Source: Heptranchias perlo (Eukaryota). Taken from it: a stretch of DNA of 64,000 bases. Shown piece by piece: positions 51,380-63,063 of this stretch. The DNA lies in assembly GCF_035084215.1 (NCBI RefSeq), contig NC_090356.1:15810001-15874000 (forward strand), in the 5' to 3' direction. The first letter of the stretch is position 1; each line of letters begins with the position of its first letter. The position numbers and the translations under genes were made by a program. The notes under the pieces were generated by a model that saw only the letters and a list, made by a program, of their open reading frames with translations, was not told the DNA's origin and did no database searches.

Positions 51380-54170
51380 ATTAAACTGCATTTATTTCAA
51401 TGCAAGAAGTCTGATGGACAAGGGCACGGATGGGTACATGGGACTGGGATGTTATAGCTATTACTGAAACATGGCTAAGGGAGGGGCAGGACTGGCAGCT
51501 CAATGTTCCAGGGTATGGATGCTATAGGAAAGATAGAGCAGGAGGTAAGAGAGGAGGGGGAGTTGCGTTCTTGATTAGGGAGAACATCACGGCAGTAGTG
51601 AGAGGGGATATATCCGAGGGTTCGCCCACTGAGTCTATATGGGTAGAACTGAAAAATAAGAAGGGAGAGATCACTTTGATAGGATTGTACTACAGACCCC
51701 CAAATAGTCAACGGGAAATTGAGGAGCAAATATGTAAAGAGATTACAGACAGCTGCAAGAAAAATAGGGTGGTAATAGTAGGGGACTTTAACTTTCCCAA
51801 CATTGACTGGGACAGCCATAGCATTAGGGGCTTGGATGGAGAGAAATTTGTTGAGTGTATTCAGGAGGAATTTCTCATTCAGTATGTGGATGGCCCGACT
51901 AGAGAGGGGGCAAAACTTGACCTCCTCTTGGGAAATAAGGAAGGGCAGGTGACAGAAGTGTTAGTGAGGGACCACTTTGGGACCAGTGATCATAATTCCA
52001 TTAGTTTTAAGATAGCTATGGAGAATGATAGGTCTGGCCCAAAAGTTAAAATTCTAAATTGGGGAAAGGCCAATTTTGACGGTATTAGACAGGAACTTTC
52101 AGTAGTTGATTGGGAGAGTCTGTTGGCAGGCAAAGGGACGTCCAGTAAGTGGGAGGCTTTCAAAAGTGTGTTAACCAGGGTTCAGGGTAAGCACATTCCT
52201 TATAAAGTGAAGGGCAAGGCTGGTAGAAGTAGGGAACCTTGGATGACTCGGGAGATTGAGGCCCTAGTCAGAAAGAAGAAGGAGGCATATGACATGCATA
52301 GACAGCTGGGATCAAGTGGATCCCTTGAAGAGTATAGAGATTGCCGGAGTAGAGTTAAGAGAGAAATCAGGAGGGCAAAAAGGGGACATGAGATTGCTTT
52401 TGCAGATAAGGCAAAGGAGAATCCAAAGAGCTTCTACAAATACATAAAGGGCAAAAGAGTAACTAGGGAGAGAGTAGGGCCTCTTAAGGATCAACAAGGT
52501 CATCTATGTGCGGAACCACAAGAGATGGGTGAGATCCTGAATGAATATTTCACATCGGTATTTACGGTTGGGAAAGGCATGGATGTTAGGGAACTTGGGG
52601 AAATAAATAGTGATGTCTTGAGGAGTGTACATATTACAGAGAGGGAGGTGCTGGAAGTCTTAACGCGCATCAAGGTAGATAAATCTCCGGGACCTGATGA
52701 AATGTATCCCAGGACGTTATGGGAGGTTAGGGAGGAAATTGCGGGTCCCCTAGCAGAGATATTTAAATCATCGACAGCTACAGGTGAGGTGCCTGAAGAT
52801 TGGAGGGTAGCAAATGTTGTGCCTTTGTTTAAGAAGGGCGGCAGGGAAAAGCCTGGGAACTACAGACCGGTGAGCCTGACATCTGTAGTGGGTAAGTTGT
52901 TCGAGGGTATTCTGAGAGACAGGATCTACAGGCATTTGGAGAGGCAGGGACTGATTAGCAACAGTCAGCATGGTTTTGTGAGAGGAAAATCATGTCTCAC
53001 GAATTTGATTGAGTTTTTTGAAGGGGTAACCAAGAAGATAGATGAGGGCTGTGCAGTAGACGTGGTCTACATGGACTTTAGCAAAGCCTTTGACAAGGTA
53101 CCGCATGGTAGGTTGTTACATAAGGTTAAATCTCACGGGATCCAAGGTGAGGTAGCCAATTGGATACAAAATTGGATTGACGACAGAAGACAGAGGGTGG
53201 TTGTAGAGGGTTGTTTTTCAAACTGGAGGCCTGTGACCAGCGGTGTGCCTCAGGGATCGGTGCTGGGTCCGCTGTATTTACTATTTATATTAATGATTTG
53301 GATGAGAATTTAGGAGGCATGGTTAGTAAGTTTGCAGATGACACCAAGATTGGTGGCATTGTGGACAGTGAAGAAGGTTATCTAGGATTGCAACGGGATC
53401 TTGATAAATTGGGCCAGTGGGCCGATGAATGGCAGATGGAGTTTAATTTAGATAAATGTGAGGTGATGCATTTTGGTAGATCGAATCGGGCCAGGACCTA
53501 CTCTGTTAATGGTAGGGCGTTGGGGAGAGTTATAGAACAAAGAGATCTGGGAGTACAGGTTCATAGCTCCTTGAAAGTGGAGTCACAGGTGGATAGGATG
53601 GTGAAGAAGGCATTCGGCATGCTTGGTTTCATTGGTCAGAACATTGAATACAGGAGTTGGGATGTCTTGTTGAAGTTGTACAAGACATTAGTTAGGCCAC
53701 ACTTGGAATACTGTGTACAGTTCTGGTCACCCTATTATCGAAAGGATATTATTAAACTAGAAAGAGTGCAGAAAAGATTTACAAGGATGCTACCGGGACT
53801 TGATGGTTTGACTTATAGGGAGAGGTTGGATAGACTAAGACTTTTTTCCCTGGAGAGTAGGAGGTTTAGGGGTGATCTTATAGAAGTCTATAAAATAATG
53901 AGGGGCATAGATAAGGTAGATAGTCAAAATCTTTTCCCAAAGGTAGGGGAGTCTATAACGAGGGGGCATAGATTTAAGGTGAGAGGGGAGAGATACAAAA
54001 GGGTCCAGAGGGGCAATTTTTTCACTCAAAGGGTGGTGAGTGTCTGGAACGAGCTGCCAGAGGCAGTAGTAGAGGCGGGTACAATTTTGTCTTTTAAAAA
54101 GCATTTGGACAGTTACATGGGTAAGATGGGTATAGAGGGATATGGGCCAAGTGCAGGCAATTGGGACTAG
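51380..54170 (+). pseudogene. CR1 ORF2 (APE + RT), frameshifted near 51420 and near 53277
   Basis: YFNARS, ITETWL, YYRPP, GDFN, SDHN, NYRPVSL, DFSKAFDKV, GVPQGSVLGP, KFADDTK; split across track ORFs 51430-53313 and 53211-54170. Confidence 0.93.
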
Positions 54171-54290
54171 CTTAGTGGTATAAACTGGGCGACATGGACA
54201 TGTTGGGCCGAAGGGACTGTTTCCATGTTGTAAACTTCTATGATTCTATGATTCTATTAAGAAGCCCTACCCCCTACCTTGACTATCCTC

Positions 54291-54715
54291 TTTTTTATGT
54301 TCATTCTTGGAAAGGCCAGTATTTATTGCCCATCTCTAGTTGTCCTTGAGAAGGTGATGGTGGGCCGCCTTCTTGAACCACTGCATTGGAGCTTGCTAGC
54401 CCACTTCAGAGGGCAGTTAAGATTCAACCATGTTGGTATGGAACCAGAGTCACATGAAGGCAAGACCGGGTAAGGAGCTTTCCCTCCCTAATAGAAAAAA
54501 CATAGAAAACATAGAAAATGGACATTAGTGAGTCAGTTGGGTTTTTACGACAACCCGACAGCTTCATGGTCACTTTTACTGGTACCAGCTTTATGTTTCC
54601 AAATTTTTCTATAAATTGAACAGAAATTCTCAAACTCCCATGGTGGGATTTGAACTCATTCTCTGGATTATTAGTCCAGGCCTCTGGATTACAAATCCAT
54701 TAATATAACTACTTA
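54291..54715 (-). mobile_element. tRNA-Thr-like SINE made of the 5' leader and 3' tail of the 7162-10440 LINE family
   Basis: 54715-54391 aligns to about 10435-10149; 54385-54291 aligns to about 7282-7175; no ORF between. Confidence 0.88.
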
Positions 54716-55672
54716 CTAATAAAGAAAGTCGTTTTGTTGCCTTTTGCTAATTTTCATTACAGAAAGTCGTTTCGATGCCTTTCTCTCATATGCCCTCTTA
54801 ACCTTTATAATCTCTCTTTTTGCAGCTTTCCTATATTCTTTAAATTTGTCCTGGCTTTTTTTTTATTATCTCTCCTGTGCAGACCAGATACTTCATTTTC
54901 TGGTTTCAACAGTGATCTAATCTCACTATTCATCCATGGAATCCCAGTCATGCTCCTTTTTTATCTTATTGAAATATACTTGATTTGTATCATTTCCATC
55001 TCCTGTTTAAAGAGTTTTTATTGCTAACCCATAGTTCTGTTTGCCAATTGTCCTACCATTTAATCTCGGCAATGCCCTTTTTTTATCTCACGATAACTTA
55101 TTTATTTGCCAGTGAAACATCCTTGTTCTGGACTTTTCTTTTTCTAGTGAACTTACTTATATTGTTGTCACTACATTCCTAATAATTCCCCTAGTTTTAG
55201 ATTAGCTGTTTGCTCCAACTTATTACTCCAAGGCAGGTCAAGCCGTGCTTCCTTCCTTGTTGGAGTAGCAACCTAGCAATTGAAAGAACAATCCTGAACA
55301 CACTCCCAAATAAACCTTCCCCTTTCTCATCACAAATATTTTCCCTATCTTTGTTGGATAATTAAAGTCTCCTATAATTAAAACTCCATTGTTAATACAC
55401 TCCTCTCTAATTTGTCTACAAATTGCATCATTGATTTCCTTTCTACTGTTTGGCAGTCTATAATATACTCCCAATAATGTTCCTTGCTAAGCCTCAGTTC
55501 AATCCAAAGGGATTTTGGTTGGACCACTTCTCTATTTACATCCTTACATTCTAGTGTTAGGATATTGTCTTTGATTGGTACCTCTATCCCTTCAACTTGC
55601 CTTCTCTACCACTTCTGAAAATGTTATACCCAGGGAATACTTAATATGTGATCCTGACCCACTGCAACCATG

Positions 55673-56685
55673 GGGGGGGGGGGGAGTTTTAACCCCCAAG
55701 AACAGGTGGGTTGGGGCGGGTAGGCAGTTAAAATAATCGATTTTTGGAACACGACCATACCTCAGCTCCAATACGCCCACTTCTGGGTTTAACGGAGGAG
55801 CGTTTGGATGCGTCCCAATAACCTACTGACCATAATTATTTCAGGCGGGCGGGTAGTTAACGGAGCAATTAACGTGATTATGAGGCATTAAGCAGGTGTT
55901 TTTAAATGAATTTAAGACACCTTCGGATTTAACACCTCCAGCATGGGGTTTCTGGGTCGCCGGAATCACGGCAGGTAAAAGGAGGCGAGTAGGGTTGGAT
56001 CCTTGAGGTAAGTACCTTTATTGCACTGCTTGAGGGCCAGGAGGAACAGGGGTGCTCCCCAGTGGCTCACCAAACTTACCTGCTGTGATCGGACCCCCGC
56101 GATCGGCCAATCCCCACACCAGCGTTCAGCCGATTTCCCCCCCTCCCCCACTACCAATATACGACCCCCTCCCTACCTCCAATGTCCAACTCTTCTCCCA
56201 ATCTGCGATGTCCAACTCCCCCCCCCACCCCCCAAGTTTTTTATCATTCGTTCATGGGATGTGGGCATCGCTGGCAAGGCCAGCATTTATTGCCCGTCCC
56301 TAATTGCCCTTGAGAAGGTGGTGATGAGCCACCTTCTTGAACCGCTGCAGTCGGTTCTCCTGGCATCAGACCCCCCCCCCCTCCCCATCTCCACCTACCA
56401 GCCCGCGATCTTCTCCCCGGCTCCCCCCCCAACTCCCGATATCCTCCACGCCCCCCCCCCCCCACCGCCCCCAACCCCATGTCCTCCACAGCCCACGATC
56501 TCTCCCTCCTTCCCTCACTCCCTTCCACCTTTCCACTTTCTGGCTGCGGGAAACCGATTTGAAAAATTTAAAACAGGTCCTACCATTAAATTCGGTAGGA
56601 TCTGCAAGAAACCCGGACTTCCGGGTTTCCTGTCCGCAAACCCTCCCCCTGCTCGCTTCCCAGCTCCAAGTTAAAACCCAGGCCC
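55673..56685 (+). mobile_element. Non-autonomous Harbinger element with 3-bp TSD (ATG)
   Basis: Left ~130 bp homologous to the end of the 59590-61420 element; ATG at 55670-55672 and 56686-56688; removal restores CR1 'gagacatggttg' (ETWL) on minus. Confidence 0.8.
56237..56352 (-). mobile_element. Short 3' copy of the tRNA-headed LINE family nested in the Harbinger element
   Basis: Near-identical to 7176-7286. Confidence 0.88.
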
Positions 56686-58064
56686 ATGTCTCAATTAACT
56701 GCACCTCTACCATGATTTTTTATTGTAATTAATGACCCCATATTTCTGGTTCTACCAGACTGCTGCCGGAACCCTGGTGGGAGTTTGGCAGTGCCCACAG
56801 GAAAATTGCAGGGATCCACTTCCTCAGGGTCCCCACCAGTTCCAGGGTTTTCTAGTGGTTTTCCAAACGGTTATGGTTACATCTGGATAATTACCCCTAA
56901 ATGCCCATGGTAGGTGAGGAGGGTAGAGTCTCCACATGGCTTTTCCTGATTTCCCGCCGTAGCTTCAGCTGAAAATCCCAGAAAAGCAGCGTAAACAACC
57001 ATCTATGTCATTTCTCCAAGGTTTCTGCCAATCTTCCACTGAGGTTAAGGTGGGCGATTGGGAGAACCCGACGGAAATTTCAAGCATATAACTCTTAGAG
57101 CAGATTGCACCAATTCTAGACCATGAGTGTCTGCAAGTGCATTAACTTAACAAATAGCTACAAGGAACCAACTGATGAAATCTGTTCCATTCAATCAGAT
57201 ATAAGTTATCATGGAGTTTCTAAAATGCTACATATGACTTGCAAGCTCAACAATTAATTCATTCCCTTTAAGTGCCATATGCCAAATTAAAGGGAAAAAT
57301 CACTCCAACGATTGGTGTGATGTTTGCAAGTAGATTATTTTGGCAATGTTGTTTTTTTTGTTTGTATAAAATTCAGTGAAGTACAGCCAGGTCAATAAAA
57401 ATAACCCAGGTGTGAGAAGATCAACATTAATCTAAACTGGTATGAAAAACACAGTTGATGTGCAGTGTATTACTGCGCAGCCCGTATTTGGTTTTGGAGC
57501 CTGCATGCTGAATGATGCTCAATAAAAGCTTATTCTGTTACGGTCAATGAAAGCGTCATTCTTAATAAATATTGGTTCATATTTCTGGGCTACCAAATTT
57601 ACTGCAAAGACTAAAAAATGTATTCTATTGCAGAAAATTAAGTTATGCGCTGTTTATTGACAATGGTGCTCTGCTTTTTGACTACGTCAACTATCTTATT
57701 CTGCAAGGGCGGGCAGGCTTTGGGCCATACCTCTCAGCTGTTATGTTTTAATGGGATGTCCTAGTTTTGAACAGCGTCACTGAGAAAAATAGCAATGGTG
57801 CACAAGAATGCCAAGCCAACAAAACTAGCTGATTTTTCCACTTCCATTACGCTCTCGCCCCATGCATTGACCTAAATTCTACCCTTTCACCATGTTGGAG
57901 GAGATCAGGTAATCCAAGCTGTTTCAAACTGGTGTGTCGGATCCAAAAAAACATCACATTTTAAGTTTATTCAGGTAACAATTGTGAAAAATGTTATGAC
58001 CCATTTCAGCATTATAATTCAATGCCTCTTTTTAAAGTCGCAAGATAAAGAGTATCATACTCAC

Positions 58065-58189
58065 CTTCTGCAGCGAATTCCAGTATAACATCCAAATAAT
58101 CAATATCATAAGGACCAACCCACTACAGGAGCTAATATTGATGAGATATACCAAGCAATGGGACATCCCACCCAATAAACTGTGTTGAC
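58065..58189 (-). CDS. Candidate exon with strong donor; frame and acceptor ambiguous
   Basis: AAG|GTGAGT donor. Either signal-peptide-like MSHCLVYLINISSCSGLVLMILIIWMLYWNSLQK (start 58189) or WVGPYDIDYLDVILEFAAE (start 58122). Confidence 0.3.
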
Positions 58190-58264
58190 CTTTGAGTCAA
58201 GAGATTAGCATATATGGTGAAAGTAGCAAATAATACGTACTGCCAGTGAGAATTGTTCCATAAT

Positions 58265-58800
58265 TGTTCTGGTCACTACATTACAGGAAAGATGTGATTG
58301 CTCTAGAGGGGGTGCAGAGGAGATTTATGAGGATGTTTCCAGGGCTGGAGAATTTTAGCTCTGAGGAAAGATTGGATAGGCTGGGGTTGTTTTCTTTCGA
58401 ACAGAGGAGACTGAGGGGGAAGTATAATTGAAGTGTATAAAATTATAAGGAACCTAGACAGAGTGGATAGAAAGGACCTATTTCCCTTAGCAGAGAGGTC
58501 AATAACCAGGGGCCATAGATTTAAAGTAATTGGTAGAAGGATTAGAGGGGAGTTGAGGAGAAATTTTTTCACCCAGAGGGTGGTGGGGGTCTGGAACTCA
58601 CTGCCTGAATGGGCGGTAGAGGCAGAAACCCTCAACTCATTTAAAAAGTACTTGGATGTGCACTTGAAGTGTCGTAACCTACAAGGCTACGGACCAAGAG
58701 CTGGAAAGTGGGATTAGACTGGATAGCTCTTTTTCGGTCGGCACAGACACGATGGGTCGAATGGCCTCCTTCTGTGCTGTAAATTTCTATTGATTCTATA
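58265..58800 (+). mobile_element. CR1 3' fragment
   Basis: 'YKIIRNLDRVDRKDLFPLAERSITRGHRFKVIG...FFTQRVVGVWNSLP' and tail. Confidence 0.88.
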
Positions 58801-59589
58801 AGCTAAATTCACAACACCAGGAAGACAATTTGTTTTTGGAACGAACACCCGTTTTTGTTTGTTCAATCAATTTATACAATATTATCATTTATATATACTA
58901 ATGTTGCTACCAATCTCAAAGCAGCAAGTTAGCGGAATATTGCAGATTAAGACTGTATTGACTAATTTAATAGAAAAGCAATGGCTTGGAAATTCCTGTT
59001 GTCTCACTCCGCTGGAGTAACTGCTGCCTTGTCCAAAGCCAGAGATCCTGTCCCAAATTCCGAGGACGTAGGCATTTGCATAGCAATGGCAGCTGGCACC
59101 TGCAAGGGAGCACCAGCGGTGGCTGTTCCAGCCCAAGCTGATTCGTTCTGAAGCAGACTGGAGTTCTCTGGAGGCCCAAGTAGGCTAAACTTCTAAACTC
59201 TTCAACTCCCACTGGAGCCGTTCCATCCAGAGAAAGTAATTAATCTCCTCTGGGATCGATTACTTTATTCTAGAAGGCCTCAAAGTGACTCATGTCAGAT
59301 CTCAACTGGCGTGTGGGTTTCACTGAGACCTTTCAAGGACATAAGGGAAGAAGTTTCTAGGAAAGGTCGGGAACTCCCCCCAATAGGCTCCCATGATGTA
59401 GAGGGAGCCAGCTGAAGACCCACCCATGTCCGCTGACTGGAATTTAAAGATCGGGTCCAAATGGGATGGAAGCCCGGCAAAGCTGGGATCTAGCCTATAT
59501 TCTCAGCCCCCTTCTGCACGTGAATGCGATTAATACCCTCTCCAGCCCAAGGAATTTTGGGGCCAATATTCCTGAGTATGCAAAAAATA

Positions 59590-61420
59590 AAAACTCATCA
59601 TGAGATGGCTGCCGGGAGCCATGGCCCACCTCTCTTTTTCCACTGATACTAAGAGAGCCTGTGAGGGATGAGGGCATCCCTGGCATCCAGGGCAGCAATG
59701 TGCTCGGCTGGTTTGGCAATGGGTGCACCATCATCATATTCCTCCTCCTCATCCTCCTCCTCATCCTCTTCCTCTTGTTCAATGTTATCACCAACAGAGG
59801 ATGATTAACGAGCGCCTTCGTCCTCCTCTATCTGTAAACCTCACTGCTGCGCTATGTTGTGCAGAACGCAGCGCACCCCGATTATTCTGGAGATCCTCGC
59901 TGGTGAGTACTGAAGGGCACCTTCAGGCCTATCCAGGCACCTGAAGCGTATCTTCAACATGCCTGTGGCTTGTTCAGTGACACACCTGGTGATCATGTGG
60001 CTCTGGTTGTATCGCTCTCATGCCTCGTTGGTGGGGTTCCTCATAGGTGTCATGAGCCAAGTTTGCAGCGGATATCCCTTGTCTCCAACAAACCAGCCCT
60101 TAAGTCTGTCTCTTGTTTGGAGGAGGTCTGGAATGTTGGACTGGTGCAGAATGAACGCATCGTGCCAGCTGCCAGGAAATCTGGCGCACACCTGCATAAA
60201 TCGCTTCTTGTGGTTGCACACCAACTGTGCCTTGGCGGAGTGATAGCCCTTTTGGTTTTTGAAGATTCCTGGCCCATGTGTTGGTCCTCGTATTGCCACA
60301 TGTGTGCAGTCGATTGCATCCTGCACCCGTGGGAAGCCAGGCAGAGAAGCAAAACCCACTGCCCACTCATCATGGCTGTTGTCGTTGTGGGGAAAGTTCA
60401 TGTAATGGGACGCTCCGGCAAACAACCCATCCGTCACCTGCCTTATACCCTTATGATTGACTTCCCCTTGGAAATCTCACCAGTGACACCCTGGAAGGAT
60501 CCGGAGGCAAAGAAATCGAGGGCAGTGATTACTTTTACTGCGACGGGCAATGCGTGGCCACCAGGTCAAGTCGGGAGCAGCTCTTCCTCAAGGAGGCTGT
60601 AGATATCTGCGACCACCTGCCGACTCAATCTGAGCCGGCGTAGACACTGCTCCTCAGAGAGGTCCAGGAAGCTCAGCCTCTGCCTGTCTACCCTCTCATG
60701 TGGGTAGTGCCTCCTGTGACTTTAGCCCCTCTGTTGCTCCTCTCTCTGCTGTTCTCCAGGTTCTTGTTGTGCACCTCTCTTTCTTGTGCACGGCAGATCC
60801 CAATACAGCACGGCATGGCTGCTGCAGATGGTCATTTTCCTCCTCCTCCTCAGATGTCCTCTGGAATACATCCATTGCGTTCCCCATCCTGACCATGTCA
60901 GTTTGAGAGGCTCCAAAGTTTTGCTAAAGATGTCTCAACACAAGAACTGTCAGTCTCAGCAAAGAACACACAGTCTCAATGCAAGAACGCTCAGCCAAAC
61001 ATTTGCCTGAGAGAACTGAGAGACCAGCTGCAAAACCTCACCTTTAATTGAGATGGGTCAATCACAGGTTCAAAGGCCCAAATCTGGCTGAATTGGCTGA
61101 ATCTCACCTCTGTTTCACTGGCGAGATTCAGAAGCCCCAGAAAACCCATGCAGGAGACGTTAAATTTGTTTCTGTTTAAGAATCAATTAAAAAATACCTG
61201 CCTCAACTACCTCAGCGATCTTAATTGACGCACTAAGTACCTGCCCGCTGGCAATAATTGGGGACGCGACTTCCGGGTTTCGGCTGCACGCACGCATTCA
61301 AATCTGCCCACGTTAAACCCGGAAGTGGGCACGTCGGTGCCGGGTTACGGTCTCGCTACAAAATCAAGGATTTTCACTACCCACCTGCCCCCAAACTGTT
61401 TTGGAGGGTTAAAATTCCCC
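59590..61420 (-). mobile_element. Harbinger transposon, one-ended (TIR at 61420)
   Basis: End 'ggggaattttaaccc', subterminal 'cttccgggttt' motifs, whole transposase region; Myb half absent. Confidence 0.85.
59649..60887 (-). pseudogene. HARBI1-like transposase, full span but disrupted
   Basis: MGNAMDVF...; 'GFPRVQDAIDCTHVAI', 'VCARFPGSWHDAFIL', 'GWFVGDKGYPLQTWLMTP'; acidic tail ending ARDALIPHRLS*. Confidence 0.9.
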
Positions 61421-62079
61421 TCATACAATCAGACATGTTGACAAACAAGGCCAAGGATTCTTGTGTATCCTTCAGAGAAACACTGTCCATGGTCCTAATT
61501 GTAAGTGGCACCCTTGCAACAGACAGTAGTGAGTGTGTTTGGAATAAATGCTTATTAAGCTGCTGTGTGGACGGAATTGCTCTCGAGACTGCAGTCAGCT
61601 GATTATGTAAAAAATAAATCTCATCATTTCTCTTCTTCCACCCGATCTTGTACTCAGCACAAATCGCCCTTAAAATGCCATCTGAGCAGCGATGAAGTCC
61701 TTTGCAATATAGCCAAGCGTAGGCGGCAAAATGGAAACCCTTAGTTCCTAATGCTCCCATGACCCTGGCAGAACTCCAAACCATTATAGAGATAACATCA
61801 ATATGCCATTAGGAAAAAAAAAGGAAAGATTGTTGGTTGTTAATCATCCTGCCAGCTTCGTTTCAATCTTTGTTTTAGTCACATTCTTCCAGCACAGACA
61901 AACCATTGTAGAACGCTAACATTTAATTAAATTTTAGTGGCTTGTACAAAACACGAAGAACATTTTAAGTTTATGTTCTAATTCTTCGTTAATATGTTAA
62001 GCAAAGTACTTTTCAGACCTGATCCAGACAACTGTAGAGTCCTATTATACGTGCTGTGCAGTAGAAGGTCCAATAGTCA

Positions 62080-62500
62080 GTGTCAGCTGTGGTTCAGTGG
62101 CAGTGCTCTTGTCTCTGAGTCAGAAGGTTGTAGGTTTAAGACCCACTCCAGAGACCTGAGCACATAATGCTGGGCTGACACTCCAGCGCAGTACTGAGGG
62201 AGCACTGCACTGTCAGAGGTGCCATCTTTTGATTGAGATGTTAAACTGAGGCCCCATCTGCCCTCTCAGTTGGACGAAAAAGTTCCCACGACATTATTTC
62301 AAAGATGAGCAGGGGAGTTCTCCCCAGTGTTCTGGCCAATATTTATCCCTCAACCAACATTGCTAAAACAGATTACCTGGTCATTTATTTCATTGTTGTT
62401 TGTGGAACCTTGCTGTGTGCAAATTGGCCGCCATGTTTCCAACAACAGTGACAACACTTCAGAAAGTACTTAATTAGTTGTAAAGCGCTTTGGAACATCA
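62080..62500 (+). mobile_element. Near full-length Deu-SINE
   Basis: tRNA head 'gtgtcagctgtggttcagtgg...ggtttaagacc', Deu body, truncated tail. Confidence 0.85.
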
Positions 62501-62762
62501 TTTTCCTCTTTTCTTTAGCACAAGCTTTTGTCAGAGCCCAAAGCAAAGTGCCCAGAGCAATTTCTGTAAATGAATTTGAAAAATGCAAAACATTGAATCA
62601 AGTTACGTTGATGATCTAATTGATTATTAATTATTGCTACACGGTGCTGATAACATGGAGGTTTGTTTGAACCTCCTCATCTTTGAGTAACCTGGGCTGT
62701 AAACAATTTAGTATTGCTCTGGGGCTTGGCATTGACTACCTTAAGCTACTGGTATTATATTA

Positions 62763-62982
62763 GTAAACAATTTTACAACACCAAGTTATAGTCCAGCAAT
62801 TTTATTTTAAATTCACATGCTTTCGGAGGCTTCCTCCTTCGTCAGGTGAACGATGTGAAAATGAAATCCTCGAAATGAAATCGCATTTATAATTCACAGA
62901 ACAATGCTTGGTGATTACAGACAGTTTTTTCAACTGCCCGTTGCCAAGGCAATCAGTGTGCAGACAGACAGGTGTTACCTAC
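62763..62982 (-). mobile_element. Penelope-like element terminal fragment
   Basis: Contains a minimal hammerhead motif and AATAAA-like end typical of PLE terminal repeats; family call from recall. Confidence 0.7.
62812..62850 (-). ncRNA. Minimal type I hammerhead ribozyme motif, probably mutated
   Basis: TTCAC CTGACGA A GGAGG AAG CCTCC GAAA GCAT GTGAA: stem I TTCAC/GTGAA, stem II GGAGG/CCTCC, core CUGANGA and GAAA. Confidence 0.7.
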
Positions 62983-63063
62983 CAGCCTTGTGGATCAGGT
63001 AGCCAGTGTCTTAACATCTCGTAGTGAGATGTTAAGACACTGGCTACCTGATCCACAAGGCTG
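62983..63063. repeat. Perfect 38-bp inverted repeat with 5-nt loop
   Basis: cagccttgtggatcaggtagccagtgtcttaacatctc - gtagt - exact reverse complement. Confidence 0.97.

Larger units (their letters stand above)
50828..54256 (+). mobile_element. Young CR1 (HER1-like) LINE, 5'-truncated within ORF1
   Basis: ORF1 end, ORF2, 3' UTR and (TTCTATGA)n tail. Confidence 0.95.
49540..56740 (-). mobile_element. Old fragmented CR1 acting as host for several later insertions
   Basis: RT remnants at 49900-50700 ('RILREVREEIAEALT'), APE remnants at 55238-55474 ('GVYYRLPNS...IIGDFNYP'), ETWL motif split at 55670/56688. Confidence 0.7.

Noticed and set aside
56021-56732. 217-aa proline-rich ORF and overlapping ORFs
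   Set aside because: Artefact of C-rich low-complexity sequence inside a non-autonomous transposon that also spans a LINE tail.
42045-60887. Domesticated host HARBI1 or NAIF1 genes
   Set aside because: Both transposase copies are disrupted, lie next to TIRs and are multicopy, so they are transposon remnants.
61377-61784. 135-aa minus-strand ORF
   Set aside because: No domain recognised, runs into a transposon end, no convincing splice sites.
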